Counted from the first letter of the stretch, positions 18,086 to 27,565 are shown. The stretch is DNA of 64,000 bases from Alphaproteobacteria bacterium (GCA_965237415.1 CBDEFM010000002.1:1184001-1248000), one strand, 5' to 3'. Translations and numbers: made by a program. Notes: generated from the sequence alone by a model not told the origin.

Positions 18086-19276
18086 TTACGCCTGAACGAA
18101 ACGATCCCACTCGGATTCGATGGCCTGCGCATTATCCGGCGCGGCATTCTGCCAGAACTGCTCGGCGGTAAACTTCTTCTCGATCTTGGCGAGGTTCTCC
18201 TCGATGGACTGGATCTTCTCGGGTTCCCAGTTCTCCGACTTGGCGTACTCGAGTCCCAGTTGCGGGTTCCCCGTCACATAGCCGCGCAGCACGGCGATCT
18301 GGGCGCTGTACGCGCCGCCGAGGAAACCGTCGATCGCACGGTAGATCGTCTCGAGGTTGCCGCGCTCCGCCGCCTGCGCGGGGATGTAGGCCCCCAGCAT
18401 CCACTTGTTGTATCCCTCGACGGTGTAGGCATAGCGGACGTTGTGGCCCTGGCGCTGAAGCGCCTTTACCGCCGGCTCCCAACAGTTCTGGACGATGACT
18501 TCGCCGTTGGCCATGAGGTCGATAGACTCCTCCCAGGTACCCCAGAGGGACCGGAACTGGCCGGCGTTCTTGCGCTCGATGAGGAAGTCCGCCGTCGTCT
18601 TCGCTTCTTCGGGGGTCATGTTGGACGGCTGGTCGATGGTCGCCAGGCCGTGGTGCTTCAGGTACATGCCCGCCATGGCGAACGTGGTGAGCCAGGTATC
18701 CTCCAGCGAGACCTTGCCCATGGTCTCTTCGCTGTCGAAGAGGAGGTCGTAGGTCAGCGGCTCCTCGCGATTGAGCTGGTCGGGGAAATAGGCGAAGGAA
18801 TCGGCGTTGAAGACGATGGGGACTCCGTACTGGGTGCCGTCCTTGCCGCGAAGCAGGGGACTGCGCTTGACCGTATCGGGCACGCCGTCCCAGCGCTTCA
18901 TGGCGGATTCGTCGATCGGCATGATGAGGCCTTCCGGAGCCAGACGATCCTCCACGCCGCCGTCGAAGCAGAACATGTCGAAATCGTCGCCGGCGGCATC
19001 GGCGATGGCCTCTTTCAGGAACACACCGGGATCGCTGGCGATCGCCTTCCACTCGACGGTGATCCCGGTCTCCGCAGTAAAGGCAGACCAGTCGTCCAGC
19101 GCAACCACGTTCGGGCCGATGATCCTGATGGTCGTTTCCTCGGCCCTCGCCTGCCTCGGCGAGGTCTTGAGGATTGCCGGCGCGGCAATGGCCGCACCAA
19201 GTGCCGCCGAGCCCTTGAGGAAGTTGCGACGGCTGCGCCCTTTCGCCGTCCGGGCACCATTCTCGCGTTTAGACAC
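18086..19276 (-). CDS. PotD/PotF-like extracellular solute-binding protein, Tat-exported
   Basis: SRRNFLKG twin-arginine motif; AFTAETGITV, YGVP motifs; GGAGGG RBS before GTG 19276. Confidence 0.85.
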   Translation of the reverse strand: MSKRENGARTAKGRSRRNFLKGSAALGAAIAAPAILKTSPRQARAEETTIRIIGPNVVALDDWSAFTAETGITVEWKAIASDPGVFLKEAIADAAGDDFDMFCFDGGVEDRLAPEGLIMPIDESAMKRWDGVPDTVKRSPLLRGKDGTQYGVPIVFNADSFAYFPDQLNREEPLTYDLLFDSEETMGKVSLEDTWLTTFAMAGMYLKHHGLATIDQPSNMTPEEAKTTADFLIERKNAGQFRSLWGTWEESIDLMANGEVIVQNCWEPAVKALQRQGHNVRYAYTVEGYNKWMLGAYIPAQAAERGNLETIYRAIDGFLGGAYSAQIAVLRGYVTGNPQLGLEYAKSENWEPEKIQSIEENLAKIEKKFTAEQFWQNAAPDNAQAIESEWDRFVQA

Positions 19277-19485
19277 TGCATTCCCTCCCTGTGTCGTTGT
19301 TGGAGACAAGAGTAGCTGCATGACCGGCGCCGCTCAACAGACCGGCACGGCGACACAGCCGCCGGGCTCTTCATCGATCTGGATGCCGTCCTCTTCCGAC
19401 GGCATCACCCATTAAGCTGCGTCAACGCGTTGGAGGCGGGCTTGCCTCCTGCTGACTCGGGTTGCCGAACGACGCGCCCGGAGGG

Positions 19486-21543
19486 CTAGAAATCCACCCG
19501 ATAATTGCCCTGCGCGTCGGTCGTCGCGGTCATCCCCGGCAGCAGGAGCACCGTGGTCGTTTCCTCTTCGATGACGGCGGGTCCATCGATCACGGCCGCG
19601 GATCCGAGCGACCCGCCATCGTAGACGGGAAGCTCCGCCAGCCCACCCAGCTCCCGGACATAAATCCGCCTCGGCGATTTCTCCGGAAGCGGGCCGTCCT
19701 GAGCGGGCACCGCGCCCTTGCCTACCGCGTCGCTCTCCCACCGTGCACCGATCGCGCGAACCTTCCAGGTCGTGAATTCCACCAGATCTTCGTCGATGCG
19801 GATCGTGTAGACCCGCTCGTGCGTCTGATGAAAGCCCTCGACTAGAACCTCGATATCGCTCTCCTCGATCCCGGCGTCGGTCACGGTGAAGGGCACTTCG
19901 ATTTCCCAGGATTGATACTGATAGCGGCCCATGAAGGCATACTCGAAGCGGCGCCGTTCGGCGGGAACCCCGGCACGCGCCAGAAAGCTGTTGCCGACTT
20001 CGCGCAGCCGTTCGAGCAGTTCGTTGACGGCCCGGCCGACGAAGCGCTCCGCATCGGTGTGCAGTGTCGCGGTCTCCTCCCACTTGATGTCGGAGATGAG
20101 GCCGCCGAGCGCGCTCAATCCGGCCGTCAGTTTCGGGATCATGAAATTCCTGATCCCCAGTTCGCGGACCAACTCGCCGACATGGCACGCCGTCGCCCCG
20201 CCGCCCGCCACAAGATAGCTTTCCCGCGGGTTTATGCCCTCGTTGACCGTAATGTCCTCGATCGCCGCGATCATGTGGTGGTTGCTCGTGGTGTGAATCG
20301 CATAGGCCGCTTCGACGAGATCGATGCCGAGGGCCTCGGCGACGGTGCCCACCGCCCGCTCCGCGGCCTCGCGGTCGAGCCTGATCCTGCCGCCGAGATA
20401 ATAGTCGGGGTCGATGATGCCTAAGATGACGTTCGCATCGGTGACCGTTGGCTCGGTGCCGCCCTTGCCGTAACAGGCCGGCCCCGGCATCGCGCCTGCG
20501 CTTTGCGGACCGACATGCAGCAGCCCGCCCACGTCGACCCAGGCGATGCTGCCGCCGCCGGCCCCGATGGATCGCACGTCCACCTTGGGTATTCCGAGGC
20601 GGTCGTTGCCGAACATCGCCTCGGGCGATACGACGAGCCGGCCGGCGCGGATGGCCGAGACATCGAAGGTCGTGCCACCCATGTCGATGACGATGACGTC
20701 CTCTTCCGCGGTCAGGTGCGATGCCGCGATTGGCGCGAGCGTGGGGCCCGACATGACGCTGTAGATCGGCTTACGGAGCATTTCGTCGGGCGGCATCATG
20801 CCGCCGATGCAATTGGCCAGCAGAAGCTCCTTCCGGAAACCGGCTTCCGTCAGGCTGTCGCGCAGCTCGCCCACATAGGCGCCGACGATCGGGTGCAGCG
20901 ACGCGTCGATCGCGGCCGAAATCATGCGCCGGTACTCGCGCGGTATCGGGTTGAGTCGGTGGCTGAGGGTGACCGGCTGCTCCGGCCAGTCTTGCCGGAA
21001 GATCTCGCCGACCCGCTCTTCATGCGCACCGTTGACGATCGACCAGAGCAGGCAGACCGCGACAGCCTCGACATCCATGTTTCGAAAGTGCGCAATCGCA
21101 GCGCGGACATCGGCGTCGCTGAGCGGCTCGTACTCCTGGCCGTCCGCGTCGATGCGGCCCGCGACCTCGAAGGTCAGGTGACGCGGCACGAAGGGATCGG
21201 GATAGTCCAGGCGCCATTCGAAGGTTCGCTTGGGCTGTGCCTCCCGCAGGGTCAGGACGTCCGGGTGGCCCTTGTTGCAGATCAGTCCAACCCGCGCGGT
21301 CCTCCCTTCCACCAGGGCATTGGTCGAGACCGTGGTGCCGTGGACGATGGAATCCACCTTCGCCAGGAATGTCTTCGAATCGAGCGCGTAATGCGCCGCC
21401 GCCAGATCGAGCACGTCCATGACGCCGTGCGCGAACTGGCCCGGGGTCGTCGGCGACTTGAAGATCTTCATCTCGCCGCGGTTCTCGGTGATCACGCAGT
21501 CGGTGAAGGTGCCGCCGATATCGATGCAGACGTCGAATGCCAT
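19486..21543 (-). CDS. Hydantoinase A / 5-oxoprolinase family subunit (ATP-dependent)
   Basis: DIGGTFTD, HGTT.STNAL, DMGGTTFD, IGAGGGSIA, GPACYGKGG.EPTVTDAN. Confidence 0.93.
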   Translation of the reverse strand: MAFDVCIDIGGTFTDCVITENRGEMKIFKSPTTPGQFAHGVMDVLDLAAAHYALDSKTFLAKVDSIVHGTTVSTNALVEGRTARVGLICNKGHPDVLTLREAQPKRTFEWRLDYPDPFVPRHLTFEVAGRIDADGQEYEPLSDADVRAAIAHFRNMDVEAVAVCLLWSIVNGAHEERVGEIFRQDWPEQPVTLSHRLNPIPREYRRMISAAIDASLHPIVGAYVGELRDSLTEAGFRKELLLANCIGGMMPPDEMLRKPIYSVMSGPTLAPIAASHLTAEEDVIVIDMGGTTFDVSAIRAGRLVVSPEAMFGNDRLGIPKVDVRSIGAGGGSIAWVDVGGLLHVGPQSAGAMPGPACYGKGGTEPTVTDANVILGIIDPDYYLGGRIRLDREAAERAVGTVAEALGIDLVEAAYAIHTTSNHHMIAAIEDITVNEGINPRESYLVAGGGATACHVGELVRELGIRNFMIPKLTAGLSALGGLISDIKWEETATLHTDAERFVGRAVNELLERLREVGNSFLARAGVPAERRRFEYAFMGRYQYQSWEIEVPFTVTDAGIEESDIEVLVEGFHQTHERVYTIRIDEDLVEFTTWKVRAIGARWESDAVGKGAVPAQDGPLPEKSPRRIYVRELGGLAELPVYDGGSLGSAAVIDGPAVIEEETTTVLLLPGMTATTDAQGNYRVDF

Positions 21544-21545
21544 GC

Positions 21546-23363
21546 CTACCCCGACGATTCGTCCGCGGCGCGCAGGGCCGCCGTCGCGTCTTCATCGACG
21601 CTGTAGTCGACCCCGTTCTCGGCCAACTTGAGCACCACCTTGTAGGCGCTTTCGGCGCGTTCCGCGCTGATCCACTCGCGATTGGTTGCGGCCGCGACCT
21701 TCGCCGGATCGCGGGATGACGGATCGCCGTATCCGCCACCGCCGCAGGTCACGAAGCGCAGCATTTCGCCGGGCAGGAAGATATCCGAGGCGAAGGGCTC
21801 GAGCTTCTCGAGCTGGCCGTTGCGGTGGCGCTTCAGGTTGGCGGAGCAGGCCGAATCCATCCCGCCGATCACCCCGCGCGGCGGCGACACGTCGCCGTCG
21901 CTGCCCCAGTAAGCGGTCATCTCGCCCGCGAGCGGGCCGAACTCGCCCTCCAGCGCAGGCGCGCCGTCCCATTCGCCCGGACCCAGCGAATCCTTGGCGA
22001 TCTGGCGGGAGGTTATGATGATCGGGTACATGCTCTCGTCGATCTCGATCGAGTCGAGGCGCATCTGCCCGCCGTCGCAGGCCGCGCCGCTCAGCAGCCA
22101 TCCGTCGTAGCCATAGAGGCCCGGCCCGCTGCCGTAGCCGATGAAGACCTGGTTCACGTAGGGGTGGTCGCCCTTGCGCGGGTCGCTGCCGGAAATGACG
22201 GCTTCGCCGCTGCTCTGGGAATAGGCGAACTCGCCCATTCCGTAAGGTTGGCCGATCTGCGAGAAGCAACAGGTGACGGCGGTGATCAGCCGTGAGTTCA
22301 CGTTCGTCGTCGCGACCGATGTGCCGGCGGGATATTTCGGCCGCCCGACCACGCAACCGTCGCGCAGCAGCACATTGATGCGGGACGCGCTGCCCTGGTT
22401 GTGCGGAATGCTGGCGTCGAGGTTGTAGAATACCCCGATGCGGCAGGATGCGGCGGCACAGGCCTCGGACAGGTTGATCCCGCCGGGCACGCAATCGATG
22501 TTGTCGCGGGCATCGACGGTCACCTCTCCCGCATCGGGATCGATGGTGACGAAGACCTTGACCGGCACCCCGTCATCGGCGACGCCGGGCACCGGATCGT
22601 GGCAGGTCTCGTAGGTCCAGGTGCCCTTCGGCAGCTTCTCGATCTCGGCGATGGCCCGGCGCTCACCGTAGTCCATCCAGTCCTCGATGAAGTCCCTGAT
22701 CGTCTCTTTGCCGTAACGCTCGACCAGCTCCTTGAGCCGCCGCTCGGCGGTCCGACAGGCGCCGATCTGGGCGAGATAGTCGCCATACCAGATTTCGCCG
22801 ACCCGGATTTTGATGCGGCACATGCGAATGATGTCGTTCTTGTCCTTGAAGTTTTCCTGAACCCGGACGCAGGGGAGATGCACGCCCTCCTCGTATATCG
22901 TGGCCGCTTCGGGCAGGTAGGTGCTGGGGATCGGCGCGCCGATATCCGCGTGATGAGAACGTGACAGCGCCCAGAAGAGAGGCTCGCCATCGCAGAAAAC
23001 CGGGACGCAGACGGTGATATCCGCATGATGGGTCGCACCGGTGTAGGGGCAGTTGTTGATGTAGGCGTCGCCTTCCTTAATGTCGTCGAAGAATCCGGTG
23101 ATCGGCATCGTGGTGAGCTCGAGCGCAATGACATGCACCGGAACGACATCCTCGACGCAGAGCAGCCGGTGGTCGTAGGTCAGCAAGCCGCACGACATGT
23201 CGCGCGAGTTCTTGATCACCGCAGACCGGCTCGCCTTCATGACGGTGTTCACCATCTCGCGGCTGATCGCCTCGAGCCGGTGCGACAGGACCGAGAGCAG
23301 GAAGGGCTCGATGCGTTGTTCCGAGCGCCGTGACGGGGCCTCTTGCCCCTCGGCCTTCACCAT
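21546..23363 (-). CDS. Hydantoinase B / oxoprolinase family subunit
   Basis: RDMSC, N.PY.GATHHAD, HHADIG, GGGGYGDP. Confidence 0.93.
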   Translation of the reverse strand: MVKAEGQEAPSRRSEQRIEPFLLSVLSHRLEAISREMVNTVMKASRSAVIKNSRDMSCGLLTYDHRLLCVEDVVPVHVIALELTTMPITGFFDDIKEGDAYINNCPYTGATHHADITVCVPVFCDGEPLFWALSRSHHADIGAPIPSTYLPEAATIYEEGVHLPCVRVQENFKDKNDIIRMCRIKIRVGEIWYGDYLAQIGACRTAERRLKELVERYGKETIRDFIEDWMDYGERRAIAEIEKLPKGTWTYETCHDPVPGVADDGVPVKVFVTIDPDAGEVTVDARDNIDCVPGGINLSEACAAASCRIGVFYNLDASIPHNQGSASRINVLLRDGCVVGRPKYPAGTSVATTNVNSRLITAVTCCFSQIGQPYGMGEFAYSQSSGEAVISGSDPRKGDHPYVNQVFIGYGSGPGLYGYDGWLLSGAACDGGQMRLDSIEIDESMYPIIITSRQIAKDSLGPGEWDGAPALEGEFGPLAGEMTAYWGSDGDVSPPRGVIGGMDSACSANLKRHRNGQLEKLEPFASDIFLPGEMLRFVTCGGGGYGDPSSRDPAKVAAATNREWISAERAESAYKVVLKLAENGVDYSVDEDATAALRAADESSG

Positions 23364-23627
23364 TGCCGTCTCCCCGTCGTTCGAGGCCGGCCGCGTTGAT
23401 GGTTGCTTGTGGCGGCCGCGCGCCGGAATTATTTCACGGCGTCTCGTCCGGGCGCCGTTCGATCCACTATCCGTGCCCCATTTTTCCTGTCAAGAATGGC
23501 ACGGCCAGGCGTGTCGAAGCGGCTCACGCGGCCTTCCGGGTTTGGGTGTCGATGACCGCCGCGTCAGTCCCCGGGCCGTTTACCGACGTCGGGCCAGTCC
23601 CTCAAGCTCACGCCGCTCCGATGCCGA

Positions 23628-23680
23628 CAAGCCCGCATTTTTCACCACGGTCATGGTCTGCGCTGCTCTGTCCGCCGGTC
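23628..23680. repeat. Left end of a further, degenerate MITE copy
   Basis: CAAGCCCGCATTTTTCACCACGGTCATGGTCTGCGC closely matches 17661-17696. Confidence 0.75.
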
Positions 23681-24011
23681 ACCCCTCCGACACAATCGAC
23701 GAACATTTTCTCATAGGCCGTTCGGTGAAGACGCCATGTCAGATACGACATGGCAATTTACCTGTTCTACATGGCTGAGTTGCGGGATAATGTGTCGTTC
23801 CGCCGCCGGTATCCCTGTCCTCGCTGGGCCGGCCGTAGCGTAGTCGCGGCGTTGCGTCCGATCCCAGGCCGGCGGCGGACAAAGCCCCGGCGCCGCTGGC
23901 GGCCACCGTTTGCCTCCTGGGCTCTCGACCGTCGCGCGGCGCCGGGGCCGTCTCTTTGTACACCGGAGATCTGGCCTGCGCTCTCTGCGCGTGTGCCGCG
24001 CATCTTCGTTT

Positions 24012-24136
24012 CGCGCGCGTTCTGCGTGACCTCTGTCCGCGCGCGTTCTGCGTGACCTCTGTCCGCGCGCGTTCCGCGTGACCTCTGTCCGCGCGCGTTC
24101 CGCGCGACCTCTGTCCGCGCGCGTTCCGCGCGACCC
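24012..24136. repeat. Tandem array of ~5 copies of a 26-bp unit
   Basis: CGCGCGCGTTCYGCGYGACCTCTGTC units at 24012, 24038, 24064, 24090 and 24116 (partial); no spacers. Confidence 0.92.
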
Positions 24137-24140
24137 CCGC

Positions 24141-24527
24141 TCATGCGTTGCCTGCCAGCAGGTGGGCGTTGATCTGGTCGAGCTGCTTGTCGAGGCCGGC
24201 GATCATCTTGTCCGTGCCGTCGAGCGTCGCGCGGAGCGCCGCGATCTCCCCCTGCACCGCCGTGACCGAGCGGCCGAGGGCGGCGAACTCGCGGGCATCG
24301 GGGAGGGCTTCGAGCGCGGTGGAGAGCTTGACCAGGCCGCGCTCGACGGTCTCCATGCGCGCGCCCAAGGCGCCGACGCCGGTGTCGCGCTTCTCCAGGT
24401 CGCCCAGGCTCTTGCTGGCGACGGCGCCGGCGGATTCGAGCCGGCGCACCCGCACGAAGAGGCCGACGCAGGCGCCGACGACGGCACCCACCGCACCGCG
24501 CGCGACCCAGGTTTCGAGGTCGCTCAT
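24141..24527 (-). CDS. Mu gp25-like (DUF2730-like) membrane-anchored coiled-coil protein of the lysis operon
   Basis: N-terminal TM helix, then coiled coil with LEALPD..EF..L and a C-terminal I..HLL pattern; position after endolysin and holin. Confidence 0.6.
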   Translation of the reverse strand: MSDLETWVARGAVGAVVGACVGLFVRVRRLESAGAVASKSLGDLEKRDTGVGALGARMETVERGLVKLSTALEALPDAREFAALGRSVTAVQGEIAALRATLDGTDKMIAGLDKQLDQINAHLLAGNA

Positions 24528-25051
24528 CGGGCCGCTCCGCCCTCGCGCGGACGCCGCTTCTCGATCTGGCGGGAACCGAACCACCAGAGCATCGCGGCGG
24601 TGAAGAGATAGAGCACGGTCTCGACGATGCGGGGCCGGAGGCCCATGGCTGCGAGATCGGACGCGCCCAGCAGGAAGTAGATCGCGCCCACGAGGGCGAA
24701 GAGGCTCCAGGTGAGCAACGGCCGCGTGAGGCCCCGCACGGCGTCGACGAATTGCATGAGCCGGCCTTCGCCGGGGCGGGACCAGCGCCGGCTGGCCTCC
24801 CGGTACGAGGCTTCAAGCGCTTCCCACTCGGCCCGCTCCCGCGTGGCCTGGGCCTCGATGGCGGCGTGGGCCGCGGCGCCCTCGGCCTCGGCCTTCGCGA
24901 GCTCGATGTCGAGGCGGCGCAGGTCCAGCTCCTGGCTGTGCTGCTGGCGGGACTGGAAGAAGTCGACGACGGCCGAAAGCGCCGTGCCCAGCAGCCCGGT
25001 TGCGCCGCCGGTGAGCACCGAGGCGCCGAGATTGAAGAGGGTCTCAAGCAT
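24524..25051 (-). CDS. Putative holin (3TM holin-like)
   Basis: N-terminal amphipathic helix, VDAVRGLTRPLLT followed by two TM segments, and WWFGSR C-terminus typical of this holin class. Confidence 0.65.
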   Translation of the reverse strand: MLETLFNLGASVLTGGATGLLGTALSAVVDFFQSRQQHSQELDLRRLDIELAKAEAEGAAAHAAIEAQATRERAEWEALEASYREASRRWSRPGEGRLMQFVDAVRGLTRPLLTWSLFALVGAIYFLLGASDLAAMGLRPRIVETVLYLFTAAMLWWFGSRQIEKRRPREGGAAR

Positions 25052-25526
25052 TGTTCATCTCCCGCGCGCCTGCCGGCGCGACTATCTCCCGCGCGCCTGC
25101 CGGCGCGACCTCCAACACGAAGGGCCGGTCTGCGGCCCAGTCCATGAGATGGCGAAAGGCCGTGCGGGAGGCGAACACCGCCGCCTGGCGGCGCCCGCTC
25201 ACGGTCATCCGCCCCCGGCGGAGGCCCGGCAGCAGGCAGCCCGATGTGTGGGTATGCCAGCCGCGCTCCACGTCGCCGCCGAGGTTGCCGGCATGGAAGA
25301 GGATGTGGCTGCGGCCTTGCACCTGCGTCACCAGCAGGCAACGCCGGTGGCGCGGCGACAGGTGCGGCACCACCTCGTAGAGCCCGGCCGGGATGCAGGA
25401 GCGGTTGCGCCGGTTGCCGCGCCAGGGCGGCTCCATGATGCAGAGAGGCGGAAGGCCGGGGCCGCTCAGGACCCCCAGCGTGCCCTGCTCGCTCTCCTGC
25501 TCCCGCCTGAGGATCGCCCGCTGCAT
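25044..25526 (-). CDS. DUF5675-like putative phage endolysin (L,D-transpeptidase-like fold)
   Basis: GTLG, EPPW..N..N.SCIPAGLY, V.GRSHILFHAGN, T.GCLLPG motifs; 27-bp in-frame duplication (VAPAGARE x2) at the C-terminus. Confidence 0.75.
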   Translation of the reverse strand: MQRAILRREQESEQGTLGVLSGPGLPPLCIMEPPWRGNRRNRSCIPAGLYEVVPHLSPRHRRCLLVTQVQGRSHILFHAGNLGGDVERGWHTHTSGCLLPGLRRGRMTVSGRRQAAVFASRTAFRHLMDWAADRPFVLEVAPAGAREIVAPAGAREMNNA

Positions 25527-25576
25527 GGGACGATCATGGGCACGCGCGCCCGACCTGTGCACCGCACCATGGTCCG
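25527..25576 (-). promoter_or_regulatory. Putative activator-dependent late promoter, copy 1 (lysis cassette)
   Basis: CGGACCATGGTGCG (25576-25563) - 24 nt - CATGAT - 6 nt - ATG 25526. Confidence 0.75.
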
Positions 25577-25709
25577 GTGCTTTGCCGCTCACGGCAGCCG
25601 GCCTGCGGCCGGCGCCTCCGCGAGGGCGCCGCAGGAGCGGCGGGCCGCGGTCGCGGCCTATCGCGAGCCCGTCAAAGACGGACTCGCTCTAGCTAGGGTA
25701 GCACCGGCG

Positions 25710-26258
25710 TCAGTCGACGAGCCATTTGGTGCGCCAGAACGCGCGCATGTCGAGCGCCATACTGGGGCCGACGACATCGGGTGTGGCGCCGACCGCTGCT
25801 CGATGCTCCGGGCCTGCGGGGCGCGTATCGGCGCCTTCCCAGGGCAGCGGACCCTGCCAGACGATCTTGTCCCCGATCGCGTAGATGGCGCAGTCGGGCC
25901 GGGCGGCGGGATGAGCCTGCGCGATCCTCTCGCGGCAGCGCTCGAGCGCCGGATACCTGTAGTGGACATCCCTGATCGGACGGGCCGAGACATGGTCGAG
26001 GATATGGCAGCCGAGGGTGCCGCAGTAGACGTACCAGCCGCCCCGCCCGTTGCGGTCGAGAGCGAGCACGGCATAGCCGCTTCTCGCATGGCGCAGATAG
26101 TCGCCCCACCACGCCGTGAACCAGGCCGGCGCCTCCGCGTGCAGATCGTCGGCGGAGGCGGCGGTGGCCCGTATCCGCTGGCCTTCGATGTGGGTGGGCG
26201 CTGTGCACGCCGCGAGCAGGGCCGCCGCCAGGACGAGGATCAGCGCCGCGCGGGGCAT
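25710..26258 (-). CDS. Lipoprotein translationally coupled to the repressor gene
   Basis: Lipobox LLAAC; TGATG overlap with the repressor stop; Cys pattern AL..C...C.IYA.G..IVW. Confidence 0.65.
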   Translation of the reverse strand: MPRAALILVLAAALLAACTAPTHIEGQRIRATAASADDLHAEAPAWFTAWWGDYLRHARSGYAVLALDRNGRGGWYVYCGTLGCHILDHVSARPIRDVHYRYPALERCRERIAQAHPAARPDCAIYAIGDKIVWQGPLPWEGADTRPAGPEHRAAVGATPDVVGPSMALDMRAFWRTKWLVD

Positions 26259-27172
26259 CACTCGAAGGTCCGCGAGGCCCAGCGCACCTCGCCCACCACC
26301 TCCGCCTCTGGGGGCCAGGGCACCGGCTCCCAGGACGGGTGATCGCTGACGAGGAACCACTGCCGCCCGCGCCGCTCCAGGCGCTTCACAACCAAGCCCT
26401 CGTCCGTGGTGACCACGAAGATGCGGCCGGTGCGGCGGCGGGTGCGGGTACGGTCCACCAGAATCTTGGCGCCGGCAGGGAGCGTCGGCTCCATGGACTC
26501 GCCCCGCACCGAAATGACCACGCAGAGCGTCGGGTCGATGCCATGGCCGTCGAGCCAGTCGCGGCGGAACCAGACCGGCCCCTTGACCGGCGCCTCGTCG
26601 AGATTGACCGCGCCGCCGCCCGCCGCGGCTTCGATCTCGCGCGTCCCCACCGAGCGCGCGCCGGGGGTCACGCCATCCTCGTTGGCCGCCGCGACGGGCC
26701 TTGCGTCGGCGTTGGCAAAGCCCACCGCCGGCGCCGGCCGCAGCTCCCCCGGAATTGGATCGCCGCCGGCGTCCGCGACCAGCCGCACCAGCGTCTGCAC
26801 CGCGCCCTCGAGGCCCAACAGAGGCACCGCCTCGTAGGGCGCGGCCTGCGATGCGTCGTTCCAACCGGGCGCCGGCGGTTCCGACAAAGCCCCGCCTGCC
26901 GCAGCACGGGCCGCGCCATCCCCGTCGTCCTCACCGTCGGCACGCACGCCGGCGGACGGGCCGATCGAAAGCGTCAACCCGAGGGCGGCGCAGATCTCGG
27001 CCGCGCGGTCCACCGAGGGCGCCTGCTCTCGCGTGGGATCGAGAATCCCGCGCAGCGTCCAGGGCCTGAGCCCGTGGGCGGCTTCGAAGCGCCGCGCGCC
27101 CACGCCGGCCGCCGTCAGGGCCTCGCGCACGGCGCGGCGGATTTGCTCGCTGGGTCGAGTCGGACTCGGCAT
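26258..27172 (-). CDS. Phage CI-like repressor: N-terminal HTH plus C-terminal S24 peptidase
   Basis: APSVDRAAEICAALGL HTH segment; AAAGGG cleavage site; VRGESMEPT (Ser) and LVVKRL (Lys); VVGEV.W terminus. Confidence 0.88.
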   Translation of the reverse strand: MPSPTRPSEQIRRAVREALTAAGVGARRFEAAHGLRPWTLRGILDPTREQAPSVDRAAEICAALGLTLSIGPSAGVRADGEDDGDGAARAAAGGALSEPPAPGWNDASQAAPYEAVPLLGLEGAVQTLVRLVADAGGDPIPGELRPAPAVGFANADARPVAAANEDGVTPGARSVGTREIEAAAGGGAVNLDEAPVKGPVWFRRDWLDGHGIDPTLCVVISVRGESMEPTLPAGAKILVDRTRTRRRTGRIFVVTTDEGLVVKRLERRGRQWFLVSDHPSWEPVPWPPEAEVVGEVRWASRTFE

Positions 27173-27246
27173 GTGCACAATATAGCACATCCTTCTATGC
27201 ATGAAAGTGCTTGATTCTATCATGCTCGATCATGCATATATGTGTG
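27173..27246. promoter_or_regulatory. Divergent repressor/Cro switch region
   Basis: 74-bp AT-rich island; minus strand TGcTATATT extended -10 six nt before repressor ATG; plus strand TTGATT-18-CATATA six nt before ATG 27247; repeated ATGCAT/GTGCAC palindromes. Confidence 0.6.
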
Positions 27247-27552
27247 ATGGTGCACAGTGACCGGCTGCTCATCGCCCTGATCCGCTCATACGCGGCGGCG
27301 CGCGGCATCTCCGTCTCCTACGCCTCGCGCCTGCTCACCGGCAGCGGCGACACGGTGGATCGCGTCACCGCCGGCGCCAGCATCACCGCGCGCCGGGCCG
27401 AGACCATCCTGCGCCGCGCCTCGCAGCGCTGGCCCGACGGCCGCGCCTGGCCCACCGACATTCCGCGCCCGGCGCCTCAAGGGGAGTACGACCAAGGGGC
27501 AACGACGACGCCGAGCGTTCCCGAACCCGGCGACAAGAAACAAGAGACATGA
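27247..27552 (+). CDS. Cro/Ner-like small DNA-binding protein
   Basis: Divergent from repressor; Y..A.GIS.S..SR..G.G and WP....WP.DIPRP pattern seen in alphaproteobacterial phage Cro-like proteins. Confidence 0.7.
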   Translation: MVHSDRLLIALIRSYAAARGISVSYASRLLTGSGDTVDRVTAGASITARRAETILRRASQRWPDGRAWPTDIPRPAPQGEYDQGATTTPSVPEPGDKKQET

Positions 27553-27565
27553 AAGGGAGAAGCAG

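Noticed and set aside
24012-24136. 26-bp repeat array as CRISPR or iterons
   Set aside because: Head-to-tail with no spacers; GC-rich, with no rep gene or AT-rich origin nearby
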